Source: Nemertoderma westbladi (Eukaryota > Animalia > Xenacoelomorpha). From it: a stretch of DNA of 52,642 nt. The DNA lies in assembly GCA_032718475.1 (NCBI GenBank), contig JAUCBJ010007026.1, forward strand, positions 1 through 52,642, in the 5' to 3' direction. The position numbers and the translations under genes were made by a program. Below, piece by piece: positions 36,261 to 50,065 of this stretch. The first letter of the stretch is position 1. The number at the start of each line of letters is the position of its first letter. The notes beneath the pieces were generated by a model. That model ran no database searches and was not told where the DNA came from. It was given only the letters and a program-made list of their open reading frames with translations.

Positions 36261-39200
36261 GGGTTGTTCTCACAAAAAGTGGCCAAACTTTTATGTCAAT
36301 ATGGCCATGCATTCGCACGGTTATATTTCCAAACTACACAGATTTAACCCCATGAACCTATACCAATCGGAAGAGCGGAAATCTGCTCATATTTCAGCAA
36401 ATTTTCAACAGATTCCATTAACAACCTAGAGAATGACACCATTTCAAATATCGAAAATGCATGTTTTTTGAAATGTCACATTGAATTATTTTGAAATATT
36501 TGGCTTCTGAGCTAAAGTAATGAAAGCAAAGGTTCCACATACCATACATCAAAATATAGCAAATTTAATGCTCTTTCACATACTATTGGTGGTTTTCAAC
36601 CGAAGCTACTCACATATTTACTATTTACTAACAATTAATTACGCCGTCACTAGGATTTTGTCCACCATGTAACGCTCGTTTTCATGACATGGTTTTTTTA
36701 TATTTATTCACAACATCTCCAAGTGAGATATTTCTAAACGGCGATTTATTTAGCTGTCAGCAGGTAAAATAATTATACGAATTCGTTCATTAGAACTCGA
36801 TCATTGTGCGAAAACGTAAATCTACAAAAAATACCGTCATTAGGAATGTCCTCAATGTAACGCTACTTTGAATAGCGATAACTTTTGCTTTACTAATCAC
36901 ATCAACACTATTGAGGGCTCATATGAAAGAGCAATCGCAGATCTATCGAATCACATATTTGATTTTAATATAGTTTCAAAACAGACTAGCCAGCGCCATG
37001 CTAATGAAAAATGTCTTCAATGTCCATCATGTAACGCATGTAACGCTGTCACAATCAATAGCGTTACACTTGAGACATGTCCATCATGTAACGTAGTTTG
37101 GCCTGAAAATACCTAGCAGTACGAGTGGCGTTTATTTTTACAAATTAGGCAGTCAGGGTCAAATTAACAATAGTCGATGATTTCTGTATTTCAGTATTTA
37201 GTATAAACTACTGTAGTAATATTATCTGTAGTCTGTATTACCTAGTACTACCTAAAGGGTTTAGGAAAAGCTCATAAGTTTGTTTACCTTTCTTTATTTC
37301 GGTTATAAAACAGTACTTCTTAATCGTCATGCAATTACAATTGTCAAACGGAATTAAGCGTGTTGTGTCTGGTAAGAACTTCTCGATTGAAGTTAGTGAT
37401 GGCGTTACACGTGAATGACTTAGAGATTAAGTTAGCGATGGCGTTACACGTGAAGGACTTAGAGATTAAGTTAGTGATGGCGTTACACGTGAAGGACCTA
37501 GATATTATGTTAGTGATGGCGTTACACGTGAAGGACATAGAGATTAAGTTAGTCATGGCGTTACACTTGAAGGACTTAGAGATTACGTTAGTGATGGCGT
37601 TACACGTGAATGACTTAGAGATTAAGTTAGCGATGGCGTTACACGTGAAGGACTTAGAGATTAAGTTAGTGATGGCGTTACACGTGAAGGACCTAGATAT
37701 TATGTTAGTGATGGCGTTACACGTGAAGGACATAGAGATTAAGTTAGTCATGGCGTTACACTTGAAGGACTTAGAGATTAAGTTAGTGATGGCGTTACAC
37801 GTGAATGACTTAGAGATTAAGTTAGTGATGGCGTTACACGTGAAGGACTTAGTTACACGTGAAGGACTTAGAGATTAAGTTAGTGATGGCGTTACACGTG
37901 AATGACTTAGAGATTAAGTTAGTGATGGCGTTACACGTGAAGGACTTAGAGATTAAGTTAGTGATGGCGTTAAACGTGAAGGACTTAGAGATTAAGTTAG
38001 TGATGGCGTTACACGTGAAGGACTTAGAGATTACGTTAGTGATGGCGTTACACGTGAAGGACTTAGAGATTAAGTTAGTGATGGCGTTACACGTGAAGGA
38101 CTTAGAGATTAAGTTAGTGATGGCGTTACACGTGAAGGACTTAGAGATTAAGTTAGTGATGGCGTTACACTTGAAGGACTTAGAGATTAAGTTAGTGATG
38201 GCGTTACACGTGAAGGACTTAGAGATTACGTTAGTGATGGCGTTACACGTGAAGGACTTAGAGATTAAGGTAGTGATGGCGTTACACTTGAAGGACTTAG
38301 AGATTAAGTTAGTGATGGCGTTACACTTGAAGGACTTAGAGATTACGTTAGTGATGGCGTTACACTTGAAGGACTTAGAGATTAAGTTAGTGATGGCGTT
38401 ACACGTGAATGACTTAGAGATTAAGTTAGTGATGGCGTTACACGTGAAGGACTTAGAGATTAAGTTAGTGATGGCGTTACACGTGAAGGACTTAGAGATT
38501 ATGTTAGTGATGGCGTTACACGTGAAGGACTTAGTTACACGTGAAGGACTTAGAGATTACGTTAGTGATGGGATGGCGTTACACGTGAAGGACTTGGAGA
38601 TTAAGTTAGTGATGGCGTTACACGTGAAGGACTTAGAGATTAAGTTAGTGATGGCGTTACACGTGAAGGACTTAGAGTTTAAGTTAGTGATGGCGTTACA
38701 CGTGAAGGACTTAGAGATTAAGTTAGTGATGGCGTTACACGTGAAGGACTTAGAGATTAAGTTATTGATGGCGTTACACGTGAAGGACTTAGAGTTTAAG
38801 TTAGTGATGGCGTTTCACGTGAAGGACTTAGAGATTAAGTTAGTGATGGCGTTACACGTGAAGGACTTATAGATTAAGTTAGTGATGGCGTTACACGTGA
38901 AGGACTTAGAGATTAAGTTAGTGATGGCGTTACACGTGAAGGACTTAGAGTTTAAGTTAGTGATGGCGTTACACGTGAAGGACTTAGAGATTAAGTTAGT
39001 GATGGCGTTACACGTGAAGGACTTAGAGTTTAAGTTAGTGATGGCGTTACACGTGAAGGACTTAGAGATTAAGTTAGTGATGGCGTTACACGTGAAGGAC
39101 TTAGAGTTTAAGTTAGTGATGGCGTTACACGTGAAGGACATAGAGATTAAGTTAGTGATGGCGTTACACGTGAAGGACCTAGAGATTAAGTTAGTGATGG

Positions 39201-41165
39201 CGTTACACTTGAAGGACTTAGAGATTACGTTAGTGATGGCGTTACACTTGAAGGACTTAGAGATTAAGTTAGTGATGGCGTTACACGTGAATGACTTAGA
39301 GATTAAGTTAGTGATGGCGTTACACGTGAAGGACTTAGAGATTAAGTTAGTGATGGCGTTACACGTGAAGGACTTAGAGATTATGTTAGTGATGGCGTTA
39401 CACGTGAAGGACTTAGTTACACGTGAAGGACTTAGAGATTACGTTAGTGATGGGAAGGCGTTACACGTGAAGGACTTAGAGATTAAGTTAGTGATGGCGT
39501 TACACGTGAAGGACTTAGAGATTAAGTTAGTGATGGCGTTACACTTGAAGGACTTAGAGATTACGTTAGTGATGGCGTTACACTTGAAGGACTTAGAGAT
39601 TAAGTTAGTGATGGCGTTAAACGTGAAGGACTTAGAGATTAAGTTAGTGATGGCGTTACACGTGAAGGACTTAGAGTTTAAGTTAGTGATGGCGTTACAC
39701 GTGAAGGACCTAGAGATTAAGTTAGTGATGGCGTTACACTTGAAGGACTTAGAGATTACGTTAGTGATGGCGTTACACTTGAAGGACTTAGAGATTAAGT
39801 TAGTGATGGCGTTACACGTGAATGACTTAGAGATTAAGTTAGTGATGGCGTTACACGTGAAGGACTTAGAGATTACGTTAGTGATGGCGTTACACGTGAA
39901 GGACTTAGAGATTACGTTAGTGATGGCGTTACACGTGAAGGACTTTGAGATTAAGTTAGTGATGGCGTTACACGTGAAGGACTTAGAGATTAAGTTAGTG
40001 ATGGCGTTACACGTGAAGGACTTAGAGATTAAGTTAGTGATGGCGTTACACGTGAAGGACCTAGAGATTAAGTTAGTGATGGCGTTACACGTGAAGGACT
40101 TAGAGACTACGTCAGTGATGGGATGGCGTTACACGTGAAGGACTTAGAGATTTAGGTGTTACACTTGAAGGACTTAGAGATTACGTTAGTGATGGCGTTA
40201 CACGTGAAGGACTTAGAGATTTAGGTGTTACACTTGAAGGACTTAGAGATTAAGTTGGTGATGGAGTTACACTTGAAGGACTTAGAGATTACGTTAGTGA
40301 TGGCGTTACACTTGAAGGACTTAGAGATTACGTTAGTGATGGCGTTACACGTGAAGGACTTAGAGATTACGTTAGTGATGGGATGGCGTTACACGTGAAG
40401 GACTTAGAGATTACGTTAGTGATGGGATGGCGTTACACGTGAAGGACTTAGAGATTAAGTTAGTGATGGTGTTACACTTGAAGGACTTAGAGATTACGTT
40501 AGTGATGGCGTTACACGTAAAGGACTTAGAGATTAATTTAGTGATGGCGTTACACGTGAAAGACTTATAGATTAAGTTAGTGATGGCGTTACACATGAAG
40601 GACTTGAGATTACGTTAGTGATTGGTTTTAAGGATTCCGTTAACTATTTTGTACAATTATTGTTACAATAATATGTATATTCATATTGTATGTATGCAAT
40701 AATACAAACTAAATAATTTGCTGATTTGAAAAATATTATTTTCAGCCATTGGGTCGATAAGTAAATCCGTAAAAAATATTACGGTTAATAAAGAAAGTGA
40801 CATTACATGACATTAAAGGGACTGTTGAATTTCTGGTATATATTTTAAATGTCAAATCCTGGATAATGATTGGCTAACAAGTAGCGTTACATTCGAGACA
40901 ACAAGTTCGATTGTGGGCGCTCTGTGAAATTAAGGCTTCTGATTGGCTAACAAGTAGCGTTACACCAGGGACAAAAAAGTTACATTGTGGACATTAGTTT
41001 TTCACGAATAAAACCTTACGACTTTACTAAATAAACGGCCCACTAGTGTATTCGAAATCGCCTCATCGAGTGCTCTCGAAATATGTATATATTTATATAG
41101 TTTTGACAAAAAAAAAGTTGACAATTTTTTCTCAAAATCTTGGCCACTTTTTGTGAGAACAACCC
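36261..41165. mobile_element. Sola2-like non-autonomous DNA transposon carrying a satellite
   Basis: Perfect 26-bp TIR GGGTTGTTCTCACAAAAAGTGGCCAA / TTGGCCACTTTTTGTGAGAACAACCC; 4-bp TSD AGGT on both sides; GRG termini with a 4-bp TSD fit Sola2. Confidence 0.85.
37386..40622 (+). repeat. 39-bp satellite, ~80 copies
   Basis: Unit GATGGCGTTACACGTGAAGGACTTAGAGATTAAGTTAGT. Confidence 0.97.
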
Positions 41166-41703
41166 AGGTATATTATACTATAAATATGTAACCTAATAAC
41201 GGTAAAGGTATCCGCAATTAGTACTTAGCACCATGATACAGTTGTAATGTAGTGTCATTTACACTGATGACACGGACAATTTTTCTAAAAAACTTTATCA
41301 GATTGCTTGATATTTGAAACACAACTAGTTCACCTCACCGCGGTTGTTGCCATGAAGCCGGAATTTTCGATATTTTTATTTGCGAAATCGCATCCCATAA
41401 TAAATGGCCTGCAGCGTACGATAATTCTTACGATATTTCAACTCCTTATATCTCTGCCGTTTCTCAACGAAATTCAGATATTGTTACATATTTGGAAAGC
41501 TCGCAACGCAAGCTTTTTAATGATATCTATATAGATTATTACTAATGTTGCAAAAAACTTGTAAAACTAATTTAGAGGCAAAATCGAAAATTCCGGCTTT
41601 AGCATGAACGACTTGAGCTTCAATTTTCAAGAATTAATATGATAATGATTTAGAAAAAAATGGACAGTGTTATCAAAAATTAAGACAAGGGGGGGGGGGG
41701 GGG

Positions 41704-41928
41704 GGGGGAACTGGACGCAAAACCCGCCTCAATGTTAAATTCTCAATTTAGGGAAAGGAACAGGTTACAGTTGCACGTTATTTTAACCAAAACAATAAAC
41801 TAAATACAATAGAACAGGTTACAGTTTTATTATGAGTTATGTTATATATATTATGAGAGTAATCAGCTGTTATTTGCGTCGAATTTCCCCTGGAGAGGGA
41901 TGAATTTTTATTGCGTCCAGTTTCCCCC
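41704..41928. mobile_element. MITE with GGGGGAACTGGACGCAA inverted ends
   Basis: Right end TTGCGTCCAGTTTCCCCC; interior matches ~2760..2900 in reverse orientation. Confidence 0.55.
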
Positions 41929-44204
41929 CTTATCTACAAAAATGACACTTGGTCAAAATCACTAAAAGTGTCCAAAACTAAACAAAAACATTAGACACGC
42001 CGTAACTTTTGACTTCCTCGATCATATCCAATAATTTATATCTTAAAATGACAACTATACGACAACTATATCTTAAAACTATACAAAATGGCATTACAGA
42101 GGCGACTTAACTTAAATCCCAAATATAGCTAGCGAAGTAAAATTTAATAGCTCCTCTTCATTGTGCTCAGTAAATACTCCTTAAAATAACTTTCGAATGA
42201 TATACTGTATGTTTATAATAGGTTTTGAAACAAAATATTTTTGACGAAAATCCCAACCGAATTTTGGCCACTTTTTGATTTCGACCCCACTATGTTAAGG
42301 GTCATATAACTGCATAGTGTATAGAAAGCAAACAGTAGGCTAGTTGGTGTTGCAGTTAAACCTAATCATTGAAGTACTTAAGCGCCATTTTCGTTAGCAA
42401 AACTTTTATAAGAAGTCTCATAAGTTATAATAATATAAAAATGTCCAAAAGTCTTTAAGAATTTGTAAAGAAATATTATAAAATACATAATAATAGAGAC
42501 TAAAATGACAATGTAACTTGACAAATAAGTACAGTACAGGCCACCAGAAAACGCAGATTTGTACAATTGTGAACACATTTTATCAAATGTGTACCAGTGT
42601 AATGTAATGTTGTTGAACGGGACAATTGAACATAATTGAATTGGCAACAACCAAAAATTTTTCGCCAAAGGATACAATTGAATACTTTTGAAACGCTTAG
42701 TAATCTGGAAACTCTCTGTAGTTTGCCGCTAACTGTCACTCACTGCAGCTGGAAATGCGATAAGGATATTGTTTACCTTTATAGTGTGCGGTTAATAGTG
42801 TCTAGTAGGCACGCCTATAGTTAGTGATGTTAAGGCATCTTCTGGTGTTTCTCTGTGCCCTCTCGGTGTCAGACTAATGGCGCGACATCTCCCTGCACTA
42901 AATTAATTATTCAATGGTCTAGGCTCCTCCATCCATATACCCATCCACTCCGATACACTCCATGAACCTCCATGTGGTCTTGTATGTAGTTCTCTCTCTA
43001 CCAATACAGCCCATGTTCGCAATGTTACGCCCTGTGGGCTCTCTCATCTACCTGATATCAGACATACAGGTGCACCGCACACGGTCCCAGCATGTTAGCC
43101 TCCTGCTGTGTGATATAGAAGATAACTCGCCATAACCTGCCAATCAGATGACTTGAACAAATGTGTTCACATGTGATCACATTGGATGAAATCTGCTTTT
43201 TCTGGTGGCCTGTACTGTATAAAGTACTGTCTGTAAGCACGAATCGAGAAAAAAGCAGCATTTTGGTATCTTTTGGATAATTTTTATACAACTTTTGCTA
43301 ACTAAAATGGCATTTAATATCTTTTTCTCACGTGGATGCCTCCATTATTTCCTATTATAAGCGTATTTAATTTTTTATTACTCTGTTTATTTGATTGTGC
43401 TGTTTATTTTTGTAATTTTATTGCTTTTTATCATGTGCAATATTTATGGATTTTAAAATATAAAACCAAATTCCATCATTATTTCATCTCTTTAGTTTTG
43501 CTTATGCTTAAGCGCAGGGGAAAATATAAAAGCGGCTTAAACAGTTAGAAGAACAGATTTATAGGTAAATTTGAAATTTTCATCTGAGAAATCGCTCTGA
43601 GAAATTGAGGGGGGGGGGGGGGGGGCTATGGGGGCCACTGCCCCCCACCCCAGTTTATGTCTTGTTCTCTCGTCTTGTTCACAATTAATTAAAAATTAAT
43701 AATAATATCGTTGTAAATCAATATTATTGGATTCACATACTACTTCTGCCCACTGACCTGACCTGACACCCCACCATTCCATTTGGTCCAATTATAATGG
43801 TACTTACGGGCACTGCCAGAGCCTGTGCCGAAATACATTGTGTGGTTTACCGTTATGTATTTTTTCTATGTTGCTACTCACAACTCAGGGCTGGAAAGCT
43901 TGTTGGCAGACCGCATCTCTTTATAGATTTTGATAGCAATTCAAGATTGCAGTTCATATAATTACTAAACATACACAAAAGCTCCAGGTTCTCTCATTGG
44001 CTACCAGGGCAGGGGTTGTTCGCTGTTGACCTACAGTATTGTCTGCAGTATGGGAACCAGCTTGCAGCTAATAGTTAAGGCTAGGCGCTGATGGTTGCTT
44101 GCGCTGGTATACATATATATCTAAAATTTTGTTTTTTGTAATTTTAACCTTAACTTTTGTACTTATTTATGCCTACAAATTTTAAACTCGAGAGGTTTAA
44201 TTAA

Positions 44205-44325
44205 ATCCGACAAAGTTATTGGCATGTCAAAATCGTAACAACAACAACTAATTGCAATTGTTGGCCCACTCCCTAACAGTGTCATTTCGCCAAGGGTCCG
44301 TCAACTTCGTGGCTCGCCCCACACA
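44205..44325 (-). mobile_element. 5' fragment of the 31055..32346 family
   Basis: Near reverse complement of 31058..31206 (ACTTCGTGGCTCGCCCCAC, AAATCCGACAAAGTTATT). Confidence 0.75.
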
Positions 44326-45658
44326 CTCTTCAACAATATTGATTTTTACTTTATGTACTAAATTATCTCTCACTTTGCTATATGCCCCCAAAACCCAGTT
44401 ATGGGTTTGTCCCCCCCCCCCCCCCCCAGATTTGGATTGATAATTGAACCAGCTAGGGCGGTTTACGGAGCCCCTAAAGGGACCTTTTGTGAAGATAGAT
44501 ATATTTAATAACACGTTCACACGTGTTTTTGCTACCACATTCTAACGTATTTAGCTACTGTACCACATTCGAACGTGTTACGTAATACTAATAGGCAGTT
44601 ATTTTTTTGCCCCTTTTTTGCCTCTTTTTACCCCTTTTTTTTATTTACACATATGACCCCTTTTATTGTTCTATATGACCCCTTTTTTCCGACATTCAGA
44701 CTGTACTGAATCAACATCCAGACTATGATTCACACAGTAAACGAATAGAACATTGAATAAAAACAAGTACAAATTACATTACAAAGTATAGGCCTAATTG
44801 AATTAAATCAACTCTGTGCAGCTCTCCTTAACATGCACACAGGATGGCGACTACTGTAAAGCATTTTTCTAACCAAAAATAATCGATCGGGATCATTGTT
44901 AGAAACCGCTGCTAATGGGTTCTAAGAAAACTTATCACGCTAACTTATAATTTTTTAATAGAATAGATAGTGAGAGAAGACGAAAAAGTGATTAAAATGG
45001 TGACATAAAAAAATTATAGGGTGTTTTGCCATTCAATGTGAGCTGATTTGTTGGTGATACCGTAGGTGTTTACACGAATGGTTCTGGTTTCATGGAAATT
45101 AGTATAAAACCGTGATTTATTTTATTCTGCCAGTATGTTTAATATGCATTTTGTATTGCGTATTATTAGATAGAACTACAATAGTTGGGTTGTATAGCCA
45201 AGTTTATAAGTAGTATAAACGATGAATGTCTAAAATTAATTCCCAAATAATAACAAAAAGTAAAGGTACATATTTATTTCACTTCAAAGCATGTTAACAG
45301 ATTGATATAATGTCATTAAAAGCAATTTAAAATAACTTCTATAACGCCAAACAACGAGTTACTTCGATTAGCTTCCTAACTAAACTATAGAAATTATTGG
45401 TTTAGATTTACAGTTTAAGCAACACATTACAGAACACCTATCTGTTATTATACTGTACATTTATTTACTGGTCCTGTCGGATTAGTTCTTGAATTATCTC
45501 TATTGGAACTACATTTGGTCGCCCAATCGGTGCCGGTATCCCACTACAACCACACAGGTCCAGGTCCAACTACCACTCAACCTTCCCATTTCCTATTTCA
45601 CCTTCCGTCAGAAAAACGAATAAAAAAAACGTATCCTGATTATCTTCAATGGAGCCAA

Positions 45659-45808
45659 TGGCGCAAAATTTCCGCAAACACGATATGTGTTTAGTGGGTT
45701 TGAAAAATTAATTTAATTTAAAATATTAAGGGAGCAGGTTGCAATTGGGGTGTTTTCTAACCAAAACAATAAACGAGACTTTATTTCACTTGCGGTCAAT
45801 GTGCGCCA
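45659..45808. mobile_element. MITE with TGGCGCA termini (second copy)
   Basis: Colinear similarity to 34776..34926. Confidence 0.55.
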
Positions 45809-46502
45809 CTATCTGCTCTACTTCCTCGTAATTAATTGTCAAATTCCATATCGCATTTCCCCTTAAAACTTACAATGATACTCTTAGTTGTTGTAAAGAG
45901 TAAATTTCCAAACAATAATCAATACAACTATTTCAACTAGATAATAAATTAATGTCAAGTGAAAAGAAAATAACTAAATTGAATTTCCCACCCAACAAAA
46001 TAAATATAAAAATAAATGTAAAAATATTATTAAATGATACAGTATAAAGCAGGGAGTTATAAAACCCGAAAGTAACGAAAATGACGAAATTATCAACGAA
46101 AATATCGAATTTATCAAACAATCTACAAATTCTCGCTCTCCAGTACGATCGGTCTTATTAGAAGGCACACTTTACATTTTTTAATTAATAAAATCCGATA
46201 ATTTCGCCCCATTTTCGACCTTAAAAGTAATTTAATACAAAATACTGTCTGCTAGTTGGTTGTTAGCTGTTCACCAATGGCGGCTAGGATGAAATCAGTG
46301 TACTGCAGTATTGGTCTGGTGCATTACAGATGTGGTGCTACAGATGTACAGACCTACAACAGTACAACAGCCCTGCTATCAGCCTACAGGAGCTGTTGCG
46401 GTGACAGAGAGAGATAACGTCCCATGGGGAAGGGCGTAGGGGGTACAGGTTAAGTATTTATTCTTGACTATCAGATACCGGTAGAAGATGATTATTAAAA
46501 GA

Positions 46503-46905
46503 AGGAACGATGGCGACGGCGTCTATCAAACCCGCAATGATGGCGACGGAGTCTATTAAACCAGAACGATGGCGACGGAGTCTATTAAATCTGGAACAAT
46601 GGCGACGGAGTATATTAAACCCCAGAACCCGGAACGATGGCGACGGAGTCTATTAAACCCAGAAAGATGGCGACTGAGTCTATTAAACCCGGAACGATGG
46701 AGTATATTAAACCCGGAACGATGGCGACGGAGTCTATTAAACCCGGAAGCTGGAGCGATGGTGTCTATTAAACCCGGAATGATGGCGACGGAGTCTATTA
46801 AACTTGGAACGATGGCGACTGAGTCTATTATACCCGGAACGATGGCGACGGAGTCTATTAAACCCGGAATTACAAGAGCGATTGAATGCTGAGTCTATTA
46901 AACCC
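46503..46905 (+). repeat. 30-bp minisatellite, ~13 diverged copies
   Basis: (ATTAAACCCGGAACGATGGCGACGGAGTCT)n. Confidence 0.9.
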
Positions 46906-47059
46906 CTCAACCCCGAGGGATTGTGATGCCAATCAAATAGCCCCATACGATTATACATTGAACAATAGAGTTTCAAAGTCAGACTGGTTTGTCGCCAATA
47001 CTAAAATTATAATAATATATTTTTATATTGATAATTTTGAAATTATTTAACATCAATCT

Positions 47060-49581
47060 TGTAGAGATATCACATTAGAGACTGGTAGACCATAGAACAT
47101 GGCTCGCCCCATTATATACCAGGATAGGTATATATAGTAGAGTAGTGGATATAGTTCCATACATACTTACTTATTATTATGTCTGTCAGTAGTCTGTCAG
47201 TACATATCATGCAGTAGTCATGCAGATATAGTTATCTGAGAGTATCAGAATATAAGATATGAAGTACCACAGTCTGACAGTGTTATGCTCACCAGTATGT
47301 TCATATCCCCATATGGCGCAGTATTGTAGTCAGTCAGGAACTCTAACAGTGCTCCTTAAGTGAAGAGTTAAGCTTTCGTGCGGACTCGGATCTTTGGCGG
47401 ACAGCCTACAAATCAGCAAATAGAAGGAAGGGATGGACGAAAAAAACACGACAGCCGCCGGATCGGAGGTGACTGAGTTCGCGGGCGGGTCGGACGACAC
47501 CGACCCCGCTGTGGATCTCCTCGCCGACCTTCGATCGGAAATGGCACATCAAGAGGCTGCAGCAGACGCACGCCTCGATCGCCTTACGCAGCTGCTGGAT
47601 CGGCAGCGGGCAGCGGCGGACGCACAGATTGCTCAACTCTTCGGGGCGCTTCAGGTGCAACAGCAGCAGGGCGCTGCGCAGCCCCAGGTTGGTGTGGCGG
47701 CCGCCCCGGTTCCCGGCGCGAACCCCGCTCGACGCCGGGTATTCGACATTATGGGCGTTGAGAAAATTGATGGCGATGTAGAGTTTACATCATTGCGACG
47801 GTGGCGCGAGGCGTGGCGGGTGCATGCGTACCGTCAACAGGCCTCCACGTTTCCACGCGTCGAACAGGTTTACGCATTGGTGTCCGCACTCGGGCGGGAC
47901 CTACAGCAAACAGTCACAGTCACTCTCGGTGTCGACATCGACGACGACGCGACAACAACCGACTCCATCATGGACGCCATCCAGACGCATCTTTGTTCCA
48001 AACGATCGATCGCGATTGACGGTATTAAATTCCACGGGCGGAAACAAGGGCCAAACGAATCCTTGACTCGTTTCGAATAGCTCTAGAAGAACTTGCTGAT
48101 AACGCAGAACCATGTGCACCCTGCAGGGACAGGCAGATAGTGACACAGGTTCTGGTCGGAGTTCGGTCATCCGAAACGCGAACCGAGCTCCTCAAGGTGT
48201 TACCCCAACCCACTCTGGCTGACTGCGTTCGGATTTGTCAGTCGAGGGAGGCGTTCGGATTTGTCAGTCGAGGGAGGCGAGCGAACACAACGACGACGTG
48301 ATCGGTAGCGGGAAATCCATCGCCAAGGTGACGTTGTCCTACAAACGTGGACGATCCGAGGACAGGCGACCGCCCGCACCGCAATCAGACAGCAAGGACT
48401 CAGCGTGTACGAGTTGCAGACGGGAACACGCTGCAGGGAAATCCAACTGTCCGGCGAAGAACGCGCGCTGCAATGCGTGCGGTAAAATGGGACATTTCCG
48501 CGCCGTCTGTCGCTCTAAAGCGACCAGAAAACCAAAAGGTAAAGACCCTGCGACAGTCAATACAGTAACGGAAGGCGACGGAGTAAACTCGATCAACTTC
48601 GCGTGCAGGCTCCCACGCATCACCGTTAACATGTTCGCCTGGGACGACGACGAGATACAGGGGAAAATCCGCAATGTCCTCCCGGATAGCGGCGCCGCGG
48701 CCACCATGCTGAATCAGGACATATTCAGTCGTATGGGGGGCCGCGTACGGCACCTCACACCGTACCCATCCGCCGACCTACGCGCCGCGAATCAACTTCC
48801 CCTCGAGATAGTCGGACTTTTCCACGCGAGAGTGGATTAGGCAGGAAACTCGACTGAATCCCTGGTCGCGATATCTCCGGAGGTGGAGGGATTGATACTA
48901 TCGTACGAGGCGCTACGAGGACTCAACCTTCTCCACCCCAACTTCCCTCTACCCTTCGTGTTGGTGTCAGCCGTGACGTCATCGCTACCCCTCCCGAGCA
49001 TTCGGGATGGATTGATGGGTGAGTTTAAAGACGTGTTCAACGACGTCGAGGAGGAGCTTGGGACGATGAAGGGGGACCCGATGCGGGTCGAGTTGAAGGA
49101 CGGCGCCACGCCATTCCACGCCAACGGCGCGCGACCGATTCCATACGCACTACGCGACGAGGTGAGGGAGCACCTCGATGCCATGGAGCGACGGGACGTC
49201 ATTGAGCGGGTCACCGATCCCACGGAATGGGCCCACCCACTCACAGTCGCTCGTAAACCCAACGGGAAGATTCGGGTTTGCGTGGACTTACGACATCTGA
49301 ACGACCAGATAAAGCGGCCATACTACCCCACACCCAGTGCACGGGTGGTGGTGATGGGGATCTCCACCACGGCGCAGTTCTTCTCCGTATTCATGCTGCG
49401 GCCGGTTACTGGCAGGTTCCCCTCGAGCCAGCTTCACAACTCCTCACCACGTTTGTTACCCCATGGGGGAGGTACAAATTTAAACGGAGTGTGATGGGTC
49501 TCATCTCCAGCGGAGATGAATTCAACCGCCGCGGCGACGACGCGCTACGCAGACTCCCCGGGATGGTTAAAGTCGTCGATG
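47060..49581 (+). mobile_element. Decayed, 3'-truncated Ty3/Gypsy LTR retrotransposon (Mag-like)
   Basis: Candidate LTR TG(47060)..CA(47311) followed by PBS-like TGGCGCAGT; gag, protease and RT remnants; no RNase H, integrase or 3' LTR. Confidence 0.9.
47433..49581 (+). pseudogene. Gypsy gag-pol remnant
   Basis: Double Zn knuckle CTSCRREH..C / CNACGKMGHFRAVC; protease LPDSGA; RT WAHPL..ARKPNGKIRVCVDLRHLN, GYWQVPL, TTFVTPWGRYKF, VVDD; stops at 48080 and 48840, a 26-bp duplication at ~48225 and a frameshift near 49395. Confidence 0.9.
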
Positions 49582-49689
49582 ACAACCACTAGGCCACAGG
49601 TTCTTGAGATATGGAGTATTAATTTCAAAGCCAGCTGCCATTTTATTAGCCCCTGATTTTTGATTATTATACTCCATATCTCAAGAACC

Positions 49690-49745
49690 TGTGGCCTAGT
49701 GGTTGTAGTCTCGGCTTCCACCTCGAGGTCCCAGGTTCGACTCTG
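49690..49745 (+). promoter_or_regulatory. tRNA-like Pol III internal promoter (A/B boxes)
   Basis: A box TGGCCTAGTGG and B box GGTTCGACT at tRNA-like spacing. Confidence 0.6.
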
Positions 49746-49747
49746 AC

Positions 49748-49790
49748 ACCACGCCGATGAGACCCAGTAAGGTCGAAACACATACGTGGT
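49748..49790 (+). ncRNA. Minimal type I hammerhead ribozyme (degenerate)
   Basis: Stem I ACCACG/CGTGGT; core CCGATGA; stem II GACC-cagtaa-GGTC; GAAA; CACATA in the stem III/cleavage position. Confidence 0.72.
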
Positions 49791-50065
49791 TTGGAGAGAT
49801 ATGAGATATTAATTTCAAGAAAAAATACGCGATTCCTAAATTTGTACACTACCCGGTTAAAAAGTACGCATGTGATGGGATTAGTCCTACAATTGCGCCA
49901 ATAAAAGATAAGTTATTTTCGGTAAAATAAACTTATCATTCGAGGTTAAGACCCCTAGATCCCTTCCTATAATAAATGTATAATAACAAACACATCAAAA
50001 AATACAGCTTGCCAACACATTGTTACTATCAATAATAGAATATGTAGTTATAGCATATTCTGTAG

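Noticed and set aside
37344-40596. LVMALHVKDLEIK repeat proteins
   Set aside because: The 39-bp unit is a multiple of 3, is broken by frameshifts and lies inside a non-autonomous transposon.
42840-43290. More GC-balanced patch that might be decayed coding sequence
   Set aside because: No recognisable motif, and the frames I checked are short or interrupted by stops.
46424-46448. Possible first exon MGKGVGGT with donor CAG|GTTAAG
   Set aside because: Too short, and no downstream exons identified in the window.
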